A stretch of 64,000 nucleotides of DNA from Adineta vaga (lineage: Eukaryota > Animalia > Rotifera), in contig CP075492.1 of assembly GCA_021613535.1 (NCBI GenBank), forward strand, positions 12,152,001-12,216,000. The letters run 5' to 3'. The notes below the pieces were generated by a model, which saw only the letters and a list, made by a program, of their open reading frames with translations, was not told where the DNA came from and did no database searches. The translations under genes and the position numbers were made by a program. Below, piece after piece: positions 25,532 to 39,000 of this stretch (position 1 is its first letter; every line of letters begins with the position of its first letter).

Positions 25532-27165
25532 TCAAATATCATCGAATAGTAAATATCGTTGTAAGAAAATCGGTAAATCTAATTTTTTTACAGTACGATC
25601 TATACGTATTTTCATTGTTGAATTAAATAATGAATCTCGAATTTGTTTTCGTGTTATATTTTTTAATGTTTGTGCTGTTGTTGCATGATGATAGATTTCT
25701 TTCTTCGTTTTCTCATCCAATTCTGTACATTCTGTAATGTAACTTCGATGAAATAAATAAGCAGCATCACAAAGTAATTCAATTAAACATGAATTCGATT
25801 GAAATCGGCGTAAAAAACGTAAGACACTATCTAAAAATGAGCAAACAAGATTTCTTTTTTTTTCTTATGAAAATGAAAATCGATAATAATCAAACCTCGT
25901 CCTCGTGAAAATGAAACTCGTGCACCATAACCAATCAATAAACGAATAATTCTCATATCTAATCTTTGATCACGAGCATAATTAATATAAGTCACTAATG
26001 GTGTTCGATATGGTACATGTTGATGATGGTGTTGAGGATTATATGAAACTGATTGATTAGGTTGAGCATCATTCTCTAGAAGATTTTTAATAATAGAATA
26101 TTGATTCTTTAAATTTGATAATTGACAAGCAAGAATTAAGGGAGTAATACATTCATTATCTTCATTTGTTTCTTCATTTGTATCGGCACCAAATGCTAGA
26201 AGAAGAAGAAGACAAAAAAAGCAGGAAATGAACAATGACTTCGTTTAAACAATCTCATTGATTACCAATTAATAATTGTATTGTATCAATATTATCTTTC
26301 CGGATAGCTAATTCTAATGGTGAATTACATAAATCCGGATGTTTATTGACAAAACCATCATGAACTAATAACTGTTCAATAATATCACATCGTTTCGATT
26401 CGATTGCTGTTATTAAAGCATTTCGTTGTCGAAATTTTCTGGTAACATAATTAACATTCGCACCATATCGACATAATAGAACGACTGCAGCAAGATTTTC
26501 TTCTCGACATGCTTTAATCAATGGTGTAATACCGCTACGTGAAAGTGCATTTGCATTTGCACCATGTTTTAATATTAATTCGAGTGATAGAAGATTTTCA
26601 TAAGGTAATAAATTAATTTCATAACCAAGAAAATAATGTTGATTAACATTTGCTCCAGAAAAAAGTAATAAACGTGCACAATCGATATGATTATTTTCTA
26701 AACAAAGACTTAGTGGTTGAATCACAATTTCCTGATGGGAAGTTACAACTGAATGTGTTTGAGAGCTCTGTAGTGGAGTATGAAAATTAACGGACGAACC
26801 ATGATCAATTAGAATATGTATAATATCAATGAAACCATATTTTGAAGCTAAATGTAGAGGTGAATAACCTGCTTCATCAAGAACATTAACATCTGCATGA
26901 TAATCTTCGATAAGAAGACGAACACATTCGAGATCATTCTCAAAGACTGCATAATGTAATGGTCGAAGGCCACGACGTACAGTTCCATCAATATTCAGTT
27001 GTTTAAAACTGAAACAAAAAAAGAGCAAAGAATTGATTCGATTTTTCTTAGGATTTCATTCAAATACCAAAGAATACGTTTTATATCTTTCAAGGGTAAA
27101 TGTTGTACGATCGCATCACGAAGAAGTGAAAGGAGTGAATCTCCATCGCCAATATTTACAGACAT
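25532..27165 (-). CDS. Ankyrin repeat and SOCS box protein (ASB family)
   Basis: Ankyrin repeats (LRPLHYAV, GYSPLHLAS, GITPLIKAC) and a C-terminal SOCS box TLKNITRKQIR...LDLPIFLQRYLLF; three short introns. Confidence 0.88.
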
Positions 27166-27638
27166 TTTGCTGTTGTTGTTGTTGTTGTTGTTGTTGCTTA
27201 TTCTTCTTCTTTTGCATTATCTAGATTTTTGTTTCCTCCTATTTATACAACTCGATCTAAGCCCCCTTACACTTTAGTACGTAATTCCGTCTTTTTTCCA
27301 GCGGCTTTTCTTTTTCTTCGTTTCTGTCATTATCGTATCATCTGATCTTTTCATGTCGAGGTTGTCGTCTGATGGATATATATATACAAAGAACATCTAG
27401 CATCAATGCTACTATACTAGAGATGCACCCAATCACTACTGATTAAGCTTGCAGTTTCGTGACAAATGACAAGAATAGAATAGATATATAGATGCACATG
27501 TTAACCTTTCATTATCTTTTTTTAATAATATTTTCTTGCTAGTGTATCAACGATCGAACTAAATCATCATCACAATGTTCTTGCATTTATTTATATATAA
27601 CGAAAAGAAGGACAAAGTAGCCAGACAACTATTATTAT

Positions 27639-28258
27639 CGGTCAAGTGAACCAATAAATTGTGTGTACAAAAAGGATAAGTATTGTGTGACCGATCCATA
27701 CATCTCGAGTAATGAGAAAAAAAGAATTATGTCGGTCAATTCGACCTCCTTATGTAGATATAGACAATGTGTACTACAGATTCAAACAATAATCATATCG
27801 GTCATAACTAACGAAGAGAAATGTTCTTCATAACCTTCTTCTCTTTTGTTTCTTCTCTTTTGAAAAAATTCAATAGAAAGCTTAAATTGACCTTATTCTT
27901 CTCGTTCTCGAGTGAACGAGAAAAACATATTCATCATCTCATGTTGTCGGTCATCCATTCGATAATTCCTCAAGTTTAAAGCAAAGAGAACAACTCTATA
28001 TACACATACACATAAGGTCAACGATTGTGTGTGCAGATGTTCATAAGAAAGAGAAAGGAAGAGAATGGGTACATATAACGGCCATCAAAAGAGAGAGAGA
28101 GAAGCAGGTCACATTGACCTAACTCATTTTGACCGCAGACATGTACACATACATCTGCATCATATTACTTTGACCTAAAAACAAAAACTAAACGAGAGAA
28201 TGAATTAGGGCAACGAGAGAAAATCTATTGAGAAGGAATAAGAGAGAAAGAAAGGTCA
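27639..28258. promoter_or_regulatory. Cluster of 12 nuclear-receptor half-sites ([A/C]GGTCA), including a perfect IR3 palindrome AGGTCAcatTGACCT at 28106-28120
   Basis: CGGTCA at 27639, 27733, 27799, 27948; TGACCG at 27688, 28130; AGGTCA at 28015, 28106, 28253; TGACCT at 27888, 28115, 28171. Lies between the divergently transcribed ASB and NFIL3 genes. Confidence 0.7.
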
Positions 28259-28389
28259 GTTTCGTGTCCGAGTCCAACGTGAATAGACGTTCATCTAGAT
28301 TCTTCGACAAGCACAATGACGACAAGCATTCAAGTTCGTTGTTAACCATAATCTCTTGAAAAAGTCTTATTTCTTTCATTAAATAGAAA

Positions 28390-29847
28390 ATGCAATCGAA
28401 CGATTTCCTTCGTTCATCAGCCTCTTCTCCATTCATGGAATCATCTCCATTACTTTCGAATAATTTTCATTCACAATTAAATATGCTCTATGCTCTTACA
28501 CAGCAACATCAACAACAACAACAACAACAACAGATCTCACCGCCTGATTCGAAAATCAAACGAATCAAGTATGTTTTTGAGTTTCTGTTTTCTTTTCAAT
28601 TTAAAACCTTTCTTTATTTTGTTAAGAAAATCAATGTCATTATCTAACGATCTTCCTACCCAAGTACCATTGATATCCGCTACTGAAACTGCCTGTTTAA
28701 CTGATCGTGAAGTAGTAAAAGTTGTAACAACAGCAGGTCCACAATGTGTCGATAAAGATTTTTTAACACAATTATTAACAAGAAAAGATGTTATTCCAGC
28801 ACGTAAACGTCGTGATTTTATTCCTAATGATATGAAAGATGATCACTATTGGGAACGACGACGTAAAAATAATCTAGCTGCTAAACGTTCACGAGAAAAA
28901 CGTCGTTTAAATGATATTGTTCTTGGTAAGAGAAACCGAAGGTTTTTTTTTGCAAAAATTTTCTATAAAAATTCTTATTTTTTAGAAACCAAAGTAGTCG
29001 AATTAACAAATGAAAATGAAGCATTAAAAGCTAAACTTCATCTAATGCTTTCACGTATAAATATGAAAGAAACTGACATGGAAACACTCTTTGAAGAAGA
29101 ACAACGTCTTGGTCATATATGTCTTAAACCAGCTACAACAGCTTCAACTATTTTCGGTTCAAATGAATCAGATAATGATGATGAATATTCATCACATGAA
29201 GATCTTCGTTTTACTCAACAATCAAAACCTAACAATGACAATACAGCCATAGATTTAAGTCGTACAGAAGTTAAAACAGGAAATTTATTACGTAAAAGTC
29301 CATCACCATTAACACCGTCACCTTCACCACCCAATGAATCTTTACTACAAATTCTTGCTAATCAAATGCTTCATACAAAACCACAAGAAACTTCATCATC
29401 ACGTTTATTAACCATTGCTTCTCCGCCTGAAACAAAACCATTGAAACGAGCTTACAATCAATTACAACAAGATAATGATCAACAGCAAAAATGGGATGAA
29501 GCAGCAATGACATTACTTTCATTAAATAAACCACAACCACCAACTGCACCTGTTGAACAACAAGTTGCACTTCAATCTGTAATTAATGGTCTACTACGAA
29601 AACCAAATCCTCCAAGAGCGACTATTGATTATCATAGTCAACAGCCATCGAGTGAAAATTTCACTTCATTTGAACAATGGAAAACTTTAATGAATTATTT
29701 TTCCATGCCATCAACACAACAATCCACACATCCAATGCAACAAATACTCATTCTCAACAAATACAATCACAAAATCAACAACATGAACCACGTGGCGATA
29801 TGATGCCATTAAAATTACGAATGAAAATGTTAAATGCAAAAATTTAA
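28390..29847 (+). CDS. NFIL3: bZIP transcription factor, NFIL3/E4BP4/vrille family; apparent 1-nt frameshift near 29739
   Basis: [48 protein letters not shown] matches the NFIL3/vrille basic region and zipper. The corrected C-terminus reads [10 protein letters not shown] and ends at TAA 29845-29847. Confidence 0.85.
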
Positions 29848-30792
29848 TATCAATACGAAGAGCTGAAGCACAAGTTATAACAGTAAATTGAACAGTTTGT
29901 TTTCGTACATATGTATATCTATTTAACGAATCGATTTTATTGAAAATGATAGACAAGACAAGAAATTGGCGGCGAGGTGTGAGCAGAGACATGGACTCCT
30001 ATTCGAGGAGATGATTGTATAGACAAAAAAAAACGAGAAGACACACTCGATAGTGTGTGGTAATAATAAGAAGGCAGGCGAGGCCCCACATTACAGTTCG
30101 CCGCTCACTAAAGCGTCCTGCACAAAATTGAATTCTAACATTTACATGAGGTAAAGGAAAACGAGATGATGTATATTGTAGTTGTTATATAAACAAGAGG
30201 AGAAAGCAAGAAAAAAAATAATCTTATGTATTTAAATTGTGTCATATTGCATGTTTTATCTTATTCTTCATCGAATATTTTACTCCGAATGTTGTTAAAT
30301 GTTTTCTTTTGTTTGTTTTCTTTTTCGTTAATAAATAATTAAGCAATACAAAAAATAATAATTTAGCAAAACTAGTTTCATATATTGATCTCTTTGTGTA
30401 CAGAATGTATCGTATTCATTATCAATTCAACCATGAAGGTCATTTACAACTTTATTTTAATGAATGCGATCGAATGTATTGCCTTTTTTTCTTCTTCTTC
30501 TTCTCCTTCTTCTTTCGTTTCATTTCGACCATACAGGGATTGCATAAACACTTTTTTCTTTGCTTTTATTCGTATCTTCATACCAATAGATGATCGATGT
30601 TCAGAGTGCATGTAAAATGACAGACGATCGATGTTCAACGTCGTACGAATAAAAGCTATCATCGATATTCACCTGATCATTCAACCATATCACATTCATT
30701 CATTTTGAATAAACATTTCAATACTCTTGTTCTTGCAATATTGTTCAATAAAGAAAGAGGACACATCATAAGAAATATTTAAACGGTCAACG

Positions 30793-32288
30793 ATGTTTTC
30801 AAATCCTGTCTATAATCTCCCACCACAATTTAATGAAAATATTCTTACACAAAATCTTGCCGGTCTTTCATTGAATGGTGTTGTTCCATCACATCATGAT
30901 CCTCAACAACGACAAAATCTAGATTTTGGTTCCTTTCAATTTGCCCAACAACAACCACCACCATCACAGCAACAGCAATCGATTGATATCGGTGGATATG
31001 TTGCACCAACAATTGATGAACCGAATATTAAATGGCCATCACCAGATGATGTTAATACTTCCTATCAACGTGGTTCAACTGTCGTACGTCAATATAATAA
31101 TTCGATAATTGATGATTATTATAAAAAATTTCTTCGTCCAATTACGGATTATGTAGCTATACCTACAAACGGTCAACCGACTTATGTTTATCAAAACTTA
31201 GGTGGACAAGGTACTTCGACTACTGTTGGTCTAGCTCAACAACCGATTAATTCAGGTATATGTTGATAAATTTGTATATAAGTTGAGTTCTTTTTATATC
31301 ATCATTGATCTCGATTTTTCTAGTTGAACCAGCAAATGATCCAACGGGAACAGTACCTACTAATACACATCAAAAGGCTGATGGTACAGAAGAAAAAAAA
31401 CATAAGAAAAAACATAAAAAACGATCATCAAAACATGCACATGAAGATGGTAGTAAACATGGTCACAGTTCAAAAGTAACTGATGAACAGTAAGATATCG
31501 ATTATTTTTTATTTTTGATGATTTTCATATTTATCTCTAATTTTTTTATTTTTAAAGGAAAGCTAATCCCGTAGATGGCAATGTGCATAAAGAACTTCCG
31601 TCTATTCCAGTCAGAGGTGGTCTTGAACAGCAACAGCAACAACAACAACAACAACAGCAACAGCAACCAGTTGCAGGAGGTGCTGGTTTAACGAATACGT
31701 AAGGGGAGAACAGGTTTTGATTGAACGATAAAAAACATTGAAATCATTTAATCTAGAGGTGCTGCTGGTCCTCAGGTACCTATGCGATGTTCATCAAATC
31801 CCGTCGTTTATTTCGATATTGAAATTGATAATGAACCACGTGGTCGTCTTGTAATGGAACTTTTTCGTCATGTTTTACCACGAACAGCGCAAAATTTTCT
31901 TGCATTAACAACCAATGAACATGGTTTTGGTTATCGTTTATCATACTTTCATCGGATTATTCCAGGTTTTATGGCTCAAGGTGGTGATTTCGAAAAGTCC
32001 AATGGTACAGGTGGTTATTCAATCTATGGAGAGAAATTCGATGATGAAGGTTTTCCATATCCACATGATCGTCCAGGTCTTTTATCAATGGCCAATAGTG
32101 GACCGAATACCAATGGAAGTCAATTTTTTATTACATTTGAACCATGTCCTCATTTAGATAACAAACATGTCGTTTATGGTCAAATTTTACAAGGTTTTCA
32201 TCTTCTCAAAGATCTTGATATGAGTGGATCAGAAAGTGGAGAAGTATTACGTGAAGTGAAAATTGCTGCTACTGGTCAACTTCAATGA
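30793..32288 (+). CDS. Cyclophilin-type peptidyl-prolyl isomerase with a long Gln/Lys/His-rich N-terminal extension
   Basis: Four exons join in frame (introns start at about 31256, 31490 and 31699). The C-terminal domain has FHRIIPGFMAQGGDF, SMANSGPNTNGSQFFIT and HLDNKHVVYG. Confidence 0.9.
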
Positions 32289-33314
32289 TCATGAAAACGA
32301 AACTAATCTATTGTCAACATCAAGTGACATACTATAAACTAAATAAAAAGCAAAAACAAAGTTCATTTTTGTATAAATTTAATGCTTTCGTAGTTAGAAA
32401 TAATGAGGAAAAACACAAACGATACTGTTTTACAATATTTATGAATTTATATACCAGATGTTGTTTTCTTTTTTTATCTTTTATTAATTGCCAAGCAAAA
32501 AAATAAATATGTAGAAGCATCTAGAACAATTCAATCATTTTTCAAACATCAATATCATTATAATAACTATCGTAATTGTTCTTAGTACCTTTTGTATAAA
32601 CCATGTATGTTGTATGTCAAAAAAGAATTTAAACTTTCCTCTGTTTAAATTATAGATGCATATTAACAGACGCTAATAAAATATCTGATAGGATTGCTTC
32701 ATTTATTCATACATTTGCCATCAAAAAAGTTCATTGTATTCTGGACAAACTCGATGAGATAACGATTTTTTCTATCAATTCATGATGTGTGCATACATAT
32801 CATACATATCAGGTAAATTTCCCCTTCAACTGACCACTGGACACACAACATTCCCTGGTCGATCTCTCTCCGACTACAAACACACACACACGAACATTAT
32901 AGTTAGTCAAAATGATATAAAAGCAAACACTGATCTCAACAGAATATTGAAAAAAAATGTCATATAAAAAACCTTTATCATGACCTATATAATATCATCG
33001 ATCGATCTAACCTTCAAGATCAGAAGAATCTATAACTGAATCGTAAAATAACAATTGAAAATCTACATTTATCCATTTCACTAATCTCTTGAGACATATT
33101 TCCTTCATCGTATAATTACATTTTCTCCACTCAAAACAAACAAATTCATTGCTTCACTTCATTCAATTGACAATATTAAACTGTAGAAATATAATCATAC
33201 AATTAATTTAAGTTTCTTTTTATCAATCATCGACAAAATCTATTCATCCGGGTATATTATAGAATAAAAAATACAAAAAAAAAGAAAATCATGTCCGAAT
33301 GAAAATATACATAA

Positions 33315-35072
33315 CTATCTTTTATGCTTTAACGATTGATTCCATAACTGAAATAGTTGATAATTTTGTCCTCTTAATGTCTGAAAATCTTGACTATCTA
33401 TTGTTTGATAGATATGTTTTGCATGATGATGATGATTTTGTGTTATTGGTAACGGTGTTTCAATATGACTACTATCGGTTGAATTTGATAGATTTTCCGA
33501 ATTATAGATGATTTGATGATGTGGACAATGATAAACTGGATATGGATAATGTTGTGAACATTGTTCATAAACAGGTTGACCATGTGATGTTTTATATTTT
33601 CGAATTTGATAACATAGATAACAACATGTTAATAGTAAGATAAATGTTAAAAGGCCACCAATACAAGTACCAATAAATAATAAAAAAACATGATGATCAG
33701 ATTTCTTTTCTGAAAGAATCATTTCATTCTCTTGAAAATCTATATTATTAACAATTATTGGTTCCCATGTTTGAACATCACGACAATATTTATCTCGTGA
33801 ATATTTATGTATTAAGATTAAACATACATAATAATATTTATTCGATTGAATTTCATTCGATAGAAATAGACGTGTTTGATTCGAAGGAAATTTTAATAAC
33901 ATTTGATCAACACTAATTTCTATTGAAGATAATGTTTGATAATTATCTATTAATATCCATTCGATTAGGAGACCAATTTTTGTTGAAATTTTAGCAAATG
34001 TTATATTAAAATTTACTAGACGAGGTATTAACATTGATTGACATTGAAAATCATTCGATAATGAACAAGTATAAAGAGGTGAAATAGTTAAATTTGTTAA
34101 CCATTTTAAATGACAATTACATTCAAGTAAATTGTCATTAAGATTGAAATATGTTAGCTGATCATATAAAGAAGTCTTTTCCAATGTTTTTAATTGATTT
34201 GAACTTAAATCTAAGGATAATAACGTTTTTGGATATGAATTAATTTGAATTTGTTGAAAATCATTTGAACTAAGATTAAGATAAGTTAAATTTTCATTTA
34301 ATATTGTCCAATCAATTGTGGATAATTGATTGAAACTTAAATCTAAATTGAAAAGTTTTTTATTCGAAATTGTTAATGAATAAAATTCTTGAAGGAAATT
34401 TTTCGAAAGATTTAATGAAATTAAATTAGGATTATTCTGTAAAATAATAGATGAAAGTTGATTATTTGCAAGATTAATATATGAATATGTTGATGAAAGA
34501 AATAATGATTTTGAAAGAAAATTATTTTCTAAATTTAACATTTGTACATGATTCAATTGAGGTAGTTGTTTGATTTGACATGATTGTAGATGAAGAATTT
34601 CTAATTTCGTCATATTGAGAAAGAGATTTTGAAGATTAAGTTGATTTAAATTGAAATGATTTAATTTTAAAATACGTAATTTTTTCAATGGATAACGAGT
34701 AAGAAATTCCAATGAATCAATTTCTGTATCGCCGGTGAGAATTAATTCTTCGAGATAATTTCCTAAGAATCGTAAGAGATCTTCATCGATATAGGAAAGT
34801 GTATTTCCATATAGATTGATACGTTTTATTGTTTTGATATTATTAAAAGATGATGCAGTAAGGTATTTGATATGATTATTCGATAAGATCAATTCATCAT
34901 AAGGAAATGAACGTTTAAATTTTGGAATTTCATTCAAAGAATTTTCCTCACATTTGATATAAGATTCACCATTAGTTAAGATTCCACAATGACAACGAGA
35001 TAAATATTCATCAGTTAATGGACACGATTGTATTTGAAGGAAAAAGAAGAAGAAGAAGAATAACAATAACAT
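33315..35072 (-). CDS. Type I transmembrane LRR protein (signal peptide, LRRNT, about 11 LRRs, LRRCT, probable FN3-like segment, TM, Tyr-containing tail)
   Basis: 585-aa single ORF; CPLTDEYLSRCHC cap, LDLSxNxL repeats, NLLECNCHLKWL, TM VFLLFIGTCIGGLLTFILLLTCCYLCY. Confidence 0.88.
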   Translation of the reverse strand: MLLLFFFFFFFLQIQSCPLTDEYLSRCHCGILTNGESYIKCEENSLNEIPKFKRSFPYDELILSNNHIKYLTASSFNNIKTIKRINLYGNTLSYIDEDLLRFLGNYLEELILTGDTEIDSLEFLTRYPLKKLRILKLNHFNLNQLNLQNLFLNMTKLEILHLQSCQIKQLPQLNHVQMLNLENNFLSKSLFLSSTYSYINLANNQLSSIILQNNPNLISLNLSKNFLQEFYSLTISNKKLFNLDLSFNQLSTIDWTILNENLTYLNLSSNDFQQIQINSYPKTLLSLDLSSNQLKTLEKTSLYDQLTYFNLNDNLLECNCHLKWLTNLTISPLYTCSLSNDFQCQSMLIPRLVNFNITFAKISTKIGLLIEWILIDNYQTLSSIEISVDQMLLKFPSNQTRLFLSNEIQSNKYYYVCLILIHKYSRDKYCRDVQTWEPIIVNNIDFQENEMILSEKKSDHHVFLLFIGTCIGGLLTFILLLTCCYLCYQIRKYKTSHGQPVYEQCSQHYPYPVYHCPHHQIIYNSENLSNSTDSSHIETPLPITQNHHHHAKHIYQTIDSQDFQTLRGQNYQLFQLWNQSLKHKR

Positions 35073-36062
35073 CTAAAACAAGAAAAGAAATAATGCATTC
35101 ACTTTACCTATGAAATGAATGAACACCGACAGTAGACAATTAATATTCGATGAAATTTTAGATTGTCTGTGTTATCTCTCTTGAGTTTAAACATGTGCTC
35201 TATAGATTTGTACATACGCAAGAGAGAAAGTGAATATTTGATTATCTTTTTCAACTAGCTGATTGATATTCTATCCGCCCTAACTATCTAAGATGACAAG
35301 AATAACAGTTTACTGTAATGTTTCCGAATTCTTTATGTAATACATGCAACAAAAAAAAAGAAAATGACTGATAAGAAACAGTGAAAAACAATCATGTATG
35401 ATGTAAGCTTATCAATAGGAAGAGATATAGGGCAAACATACATACTCATCTTTATTTAATTCTTCTTACATTCTTACCCTATGTGTTGATAATGTACAAT
35501 TTACACATAGTACATCACTGTCGGAAAGATAGTTCGATGAATTTTTTCTTCTTAACTCATCTACGGAGTTTAAGGTCAAGAAAAAGAAAAAGAAAAAGAA
35601 AACGAAACTGAATCGATTGTCACTTCACTTCACGATGACGACCACAACGTTAAGTGGTTTAATAGAATTGAAATGACAGGAAGAAAAGTTGTCGTCACTC
35701 ATCACAAAATCGTTTCTTTTCCTTCATCTTCTGCTTCTTCGTTTTTTTTATGAGCACTGTATAGCAAATAAGCGGCAACAGACCGGATGACGGACATATA
35801 CATACATAGAACGTATTGTGAGTGAATAGTTCATCAGTAGGCATACGCGTGTCGCTTGTGTAATCGTACTTGACACTCCGCCCATTTCAACAACATCCAA
35901 AGAGCAAAAGAAAAAAAGTCAAAATGTACGAGAATGATGATGGTGATGGTGGTGGTGGTGATGATGATGACGATGATGCAACAAGTCAGACCGAGAGGTT
36001 TAATCGAAACAACAGAATGAATAAAAAGTCGTTTGTATCATTCTCTTCTAAATATCTAGAAA

Positions 36063-36094
36063 AATGAATGAATGAATGAATGAATGAATGAATG
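36063..36094. repeat. (AATG)8 microsatellite
   Basis: Read directly from the sequence. Confidence 0.9.
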
Positions 36095-39000
36095 AAATAG
36101 AAAGAGAAGGAAGGAGGGAGAGAGAAGTGAGTTGAAATAACAATGATCATATTCTCACTTGCTACTAAACAGATCAGTTTTGATATGGTTAATTCACATT
36201 TTTTTAATCCCTAAAGGAAAACAGCACATCCTATTGTAATGTCCATCACTATTTCGTCGAACATAGAAAGTAAACGAGACTAATGAGTAAAAATCTAAAC
36301 GAATGATGTGCTATACCTCTAGTCAACTTCAAACATTAATCACTGAGAAAAAAAAACGATTATCGACTTCCCATGGCGGACAGAAGAGAAACAGAGAAAA
36401 AAATCACCACCTGTCCGAAGACGCGCTGTTAGGAAAAAGGTGCGAAGTGACTGTTCTAACCTTCAAAAAGCTCTCAGGTGTAGGATATACTATAACGATA
36501 AATGATTGCCGTCCAATTCCGGCATTGAACAGATGAAGCTATTTTTCTTCCTGTGTCTTAACCTTATCAGTTTTATTTGAAAAAAAAAGTCGAGTATATA
36601 CCCACAGATTCGTTAGCAGAACAATATATATGCAAATATTCGAACCATGAAATGGTCCGTTATCGATAAGATGAGAATGAAGAATGAATACACATATACA
36701 TACTCATCATTACACTACTCAAGCATGCATACACTCAACAAAAGGTAACAATCCCACAATTGAATTAGTCTTGATATATGAATATCGACGGAAAGAAAAA
36801 CTGATGAGAGATGAAGAAGAATTAGTCTGAAGTGTTGACTGACAAATGAAAAAATCTAAATAAACTTATGATTATAGAAGACAAGATCAATAAATAACAT
36901 TGTATTCGATAGGGATATGAACATAAGAGCAACCAATCAACACCAGATGAGTGAATGATAGACAAATACAAAGAAAGATTCAATATTCATCATTGTAATA
37001 ACAAAATGAAGTTTTAGTCTATGATATACAGCGGAGAAAAGTAGTCTTTCACACGAAAAAAAAAATCGTTCATTCATTAATCAAGAATTGAAAAGTTTTT
37101 TCTCCAGATGTTTTGTTTCATATCAAGTGTCTTTTGTGAAGCAAGCTCGAATGATAAACTCAAGGAGAATTTACTCACGTTCTAGATTTCTTTAGTCTAT
37201 CTAACGAAATATAAATGCCTTGAGGGTGATAAAAAATAATTGGTAAGAACTCTTTTAACAGATAAGATGAGATAGAACGACGAAGTAATGTCTTTGCACA
37301 TTGGTTATAAGCAAAGAAAAATGGAAAAGTCAATGTTTGTCAGATCGTACATGATAATATCAAATTTGTCCTTCGATAAGAACAGAATTTGATGGAATCC
37401 CGTGGCTCTTCTCGAGGACCCTCATCAATTAGTAACGAATGAGTTCTCTATTCTAATATGATTAGACGATACTGTTACTATAAATGCTACTATTTCTTTC
37501 TTTTGCTTCTTCTCTACTCTTCCTTCTCTTAGTTCAGTTAATAGAGCAAACGAAGAAGAAAATAGATGTTCTCTCCTTCGCTCTTTCTCTGTCTTGGTCT
37601 CTTAGGACGCAAGAAAAACAACAACATCATACGTATACAAACCGAATATTAACACTCTCACTAGATTATTCTTCTTCAGCTTTGCTTTCATTTTCTCGAT
37701 TTCTTTAGGGATCCTATACTCTTTCTCACACACACACACACATACACAAACGATGTTTGTCAACCAACGGCCATAATTCAGTCACGATTGATCAAGCGAT
37801 TTCAATTGTATACTACTACGAATGATTCGATTATAATCATAGAGAAAATAAAAGAGTGAAAACGTTTGCATGCTTGATTGAAGTTCGATGATTAAACTCC
37901 AATGAACTGTTCATATGATGAGCAATAATAGGCATACGACTGTTGACCACATCATCAAAATATATTCACAGTCTCTTTGATATGGAAATTAACATAGTAG
38001 TGATATCATATTTCCTTTTCTTTCTCAATTGTATCATAGTTTTGATCAATGATTTGAAACCGAGAAGAAAAGTTAATTAACAATCGCTATTTTCTTCAAA
38101 TAATAATGAACTCGATTGATTTAAATCAAGAGAAAAAAAATGCAGTAAGAAATCTAAACTATTCGATTCTTTCATACAATAGACAGATTAAATGTAGTTT
38201 GAGTCGTTTGTTTTAATGAAGAAATTGGAATCGTTATTCATTCAAGTATATTTGTTCAATGAAAATCATGTTTTCATCAACTATACAACAAAGAAGAGAT
38301 CAGACCAGATTTGAATATTAATTTTCGACAACACAAATCATCGACATTTATCTCTCTTTTCGAGGTCGAACATTTGATATTTGTATGTGATTCGTTCTTT
38401 TTCATCTTTCTGCTCATTATTTGTACAACAGATGCTAATCGAATATTGTTTCATAAGTTCTTCTTTTCTTTTCTATTCTATTCTACATCATATAAAGAAA
38501 GAAGGTGCCACATGTGTGTTCATTGATACTTTTCTTCTTTTCAAGGTGAACACTGGTAGTAGACACAGACATTTTATTGATTTGTTTATATAGCTTATAG
38601 AAGAGTCTCAACAGAATTATACCACAAACTGTCTTACTCGATCCAGAAATTATCTATAAATGCAGATGATATTAGACGGTGCTTTGTTAATGATGATACT
38701 AGTGCCAGTGTAAAAGAGACGGAGAATAACAAAAGAAAATGTCTCATTGTTATTGTTCGATTCGTTAAAAAAGAACGCAAATTATCTTCCTTTATTTCAA
38801 ACTGTCAGTCATCCTTGACACTCTATCAATGCTATTTCACAATGACAATACCAGATGAAACAATGGTTAATCATATTACAGAAAAATCATCAACATGCTT
38901 TTCCTATGTTATTCAACGATGAGCAAACGAAATCTATGAGGAACTTTTTGTTACCTAAAAAAATGAATATCATCAAACTTTAGTTAAGGATGATTTGAAT

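Noticed and set aside
26999-27277. Poly-Cys and poly-Leu ORFs
   Set aside because: They are translations of a (TGT)n microsatellite in the ASB 5' region.
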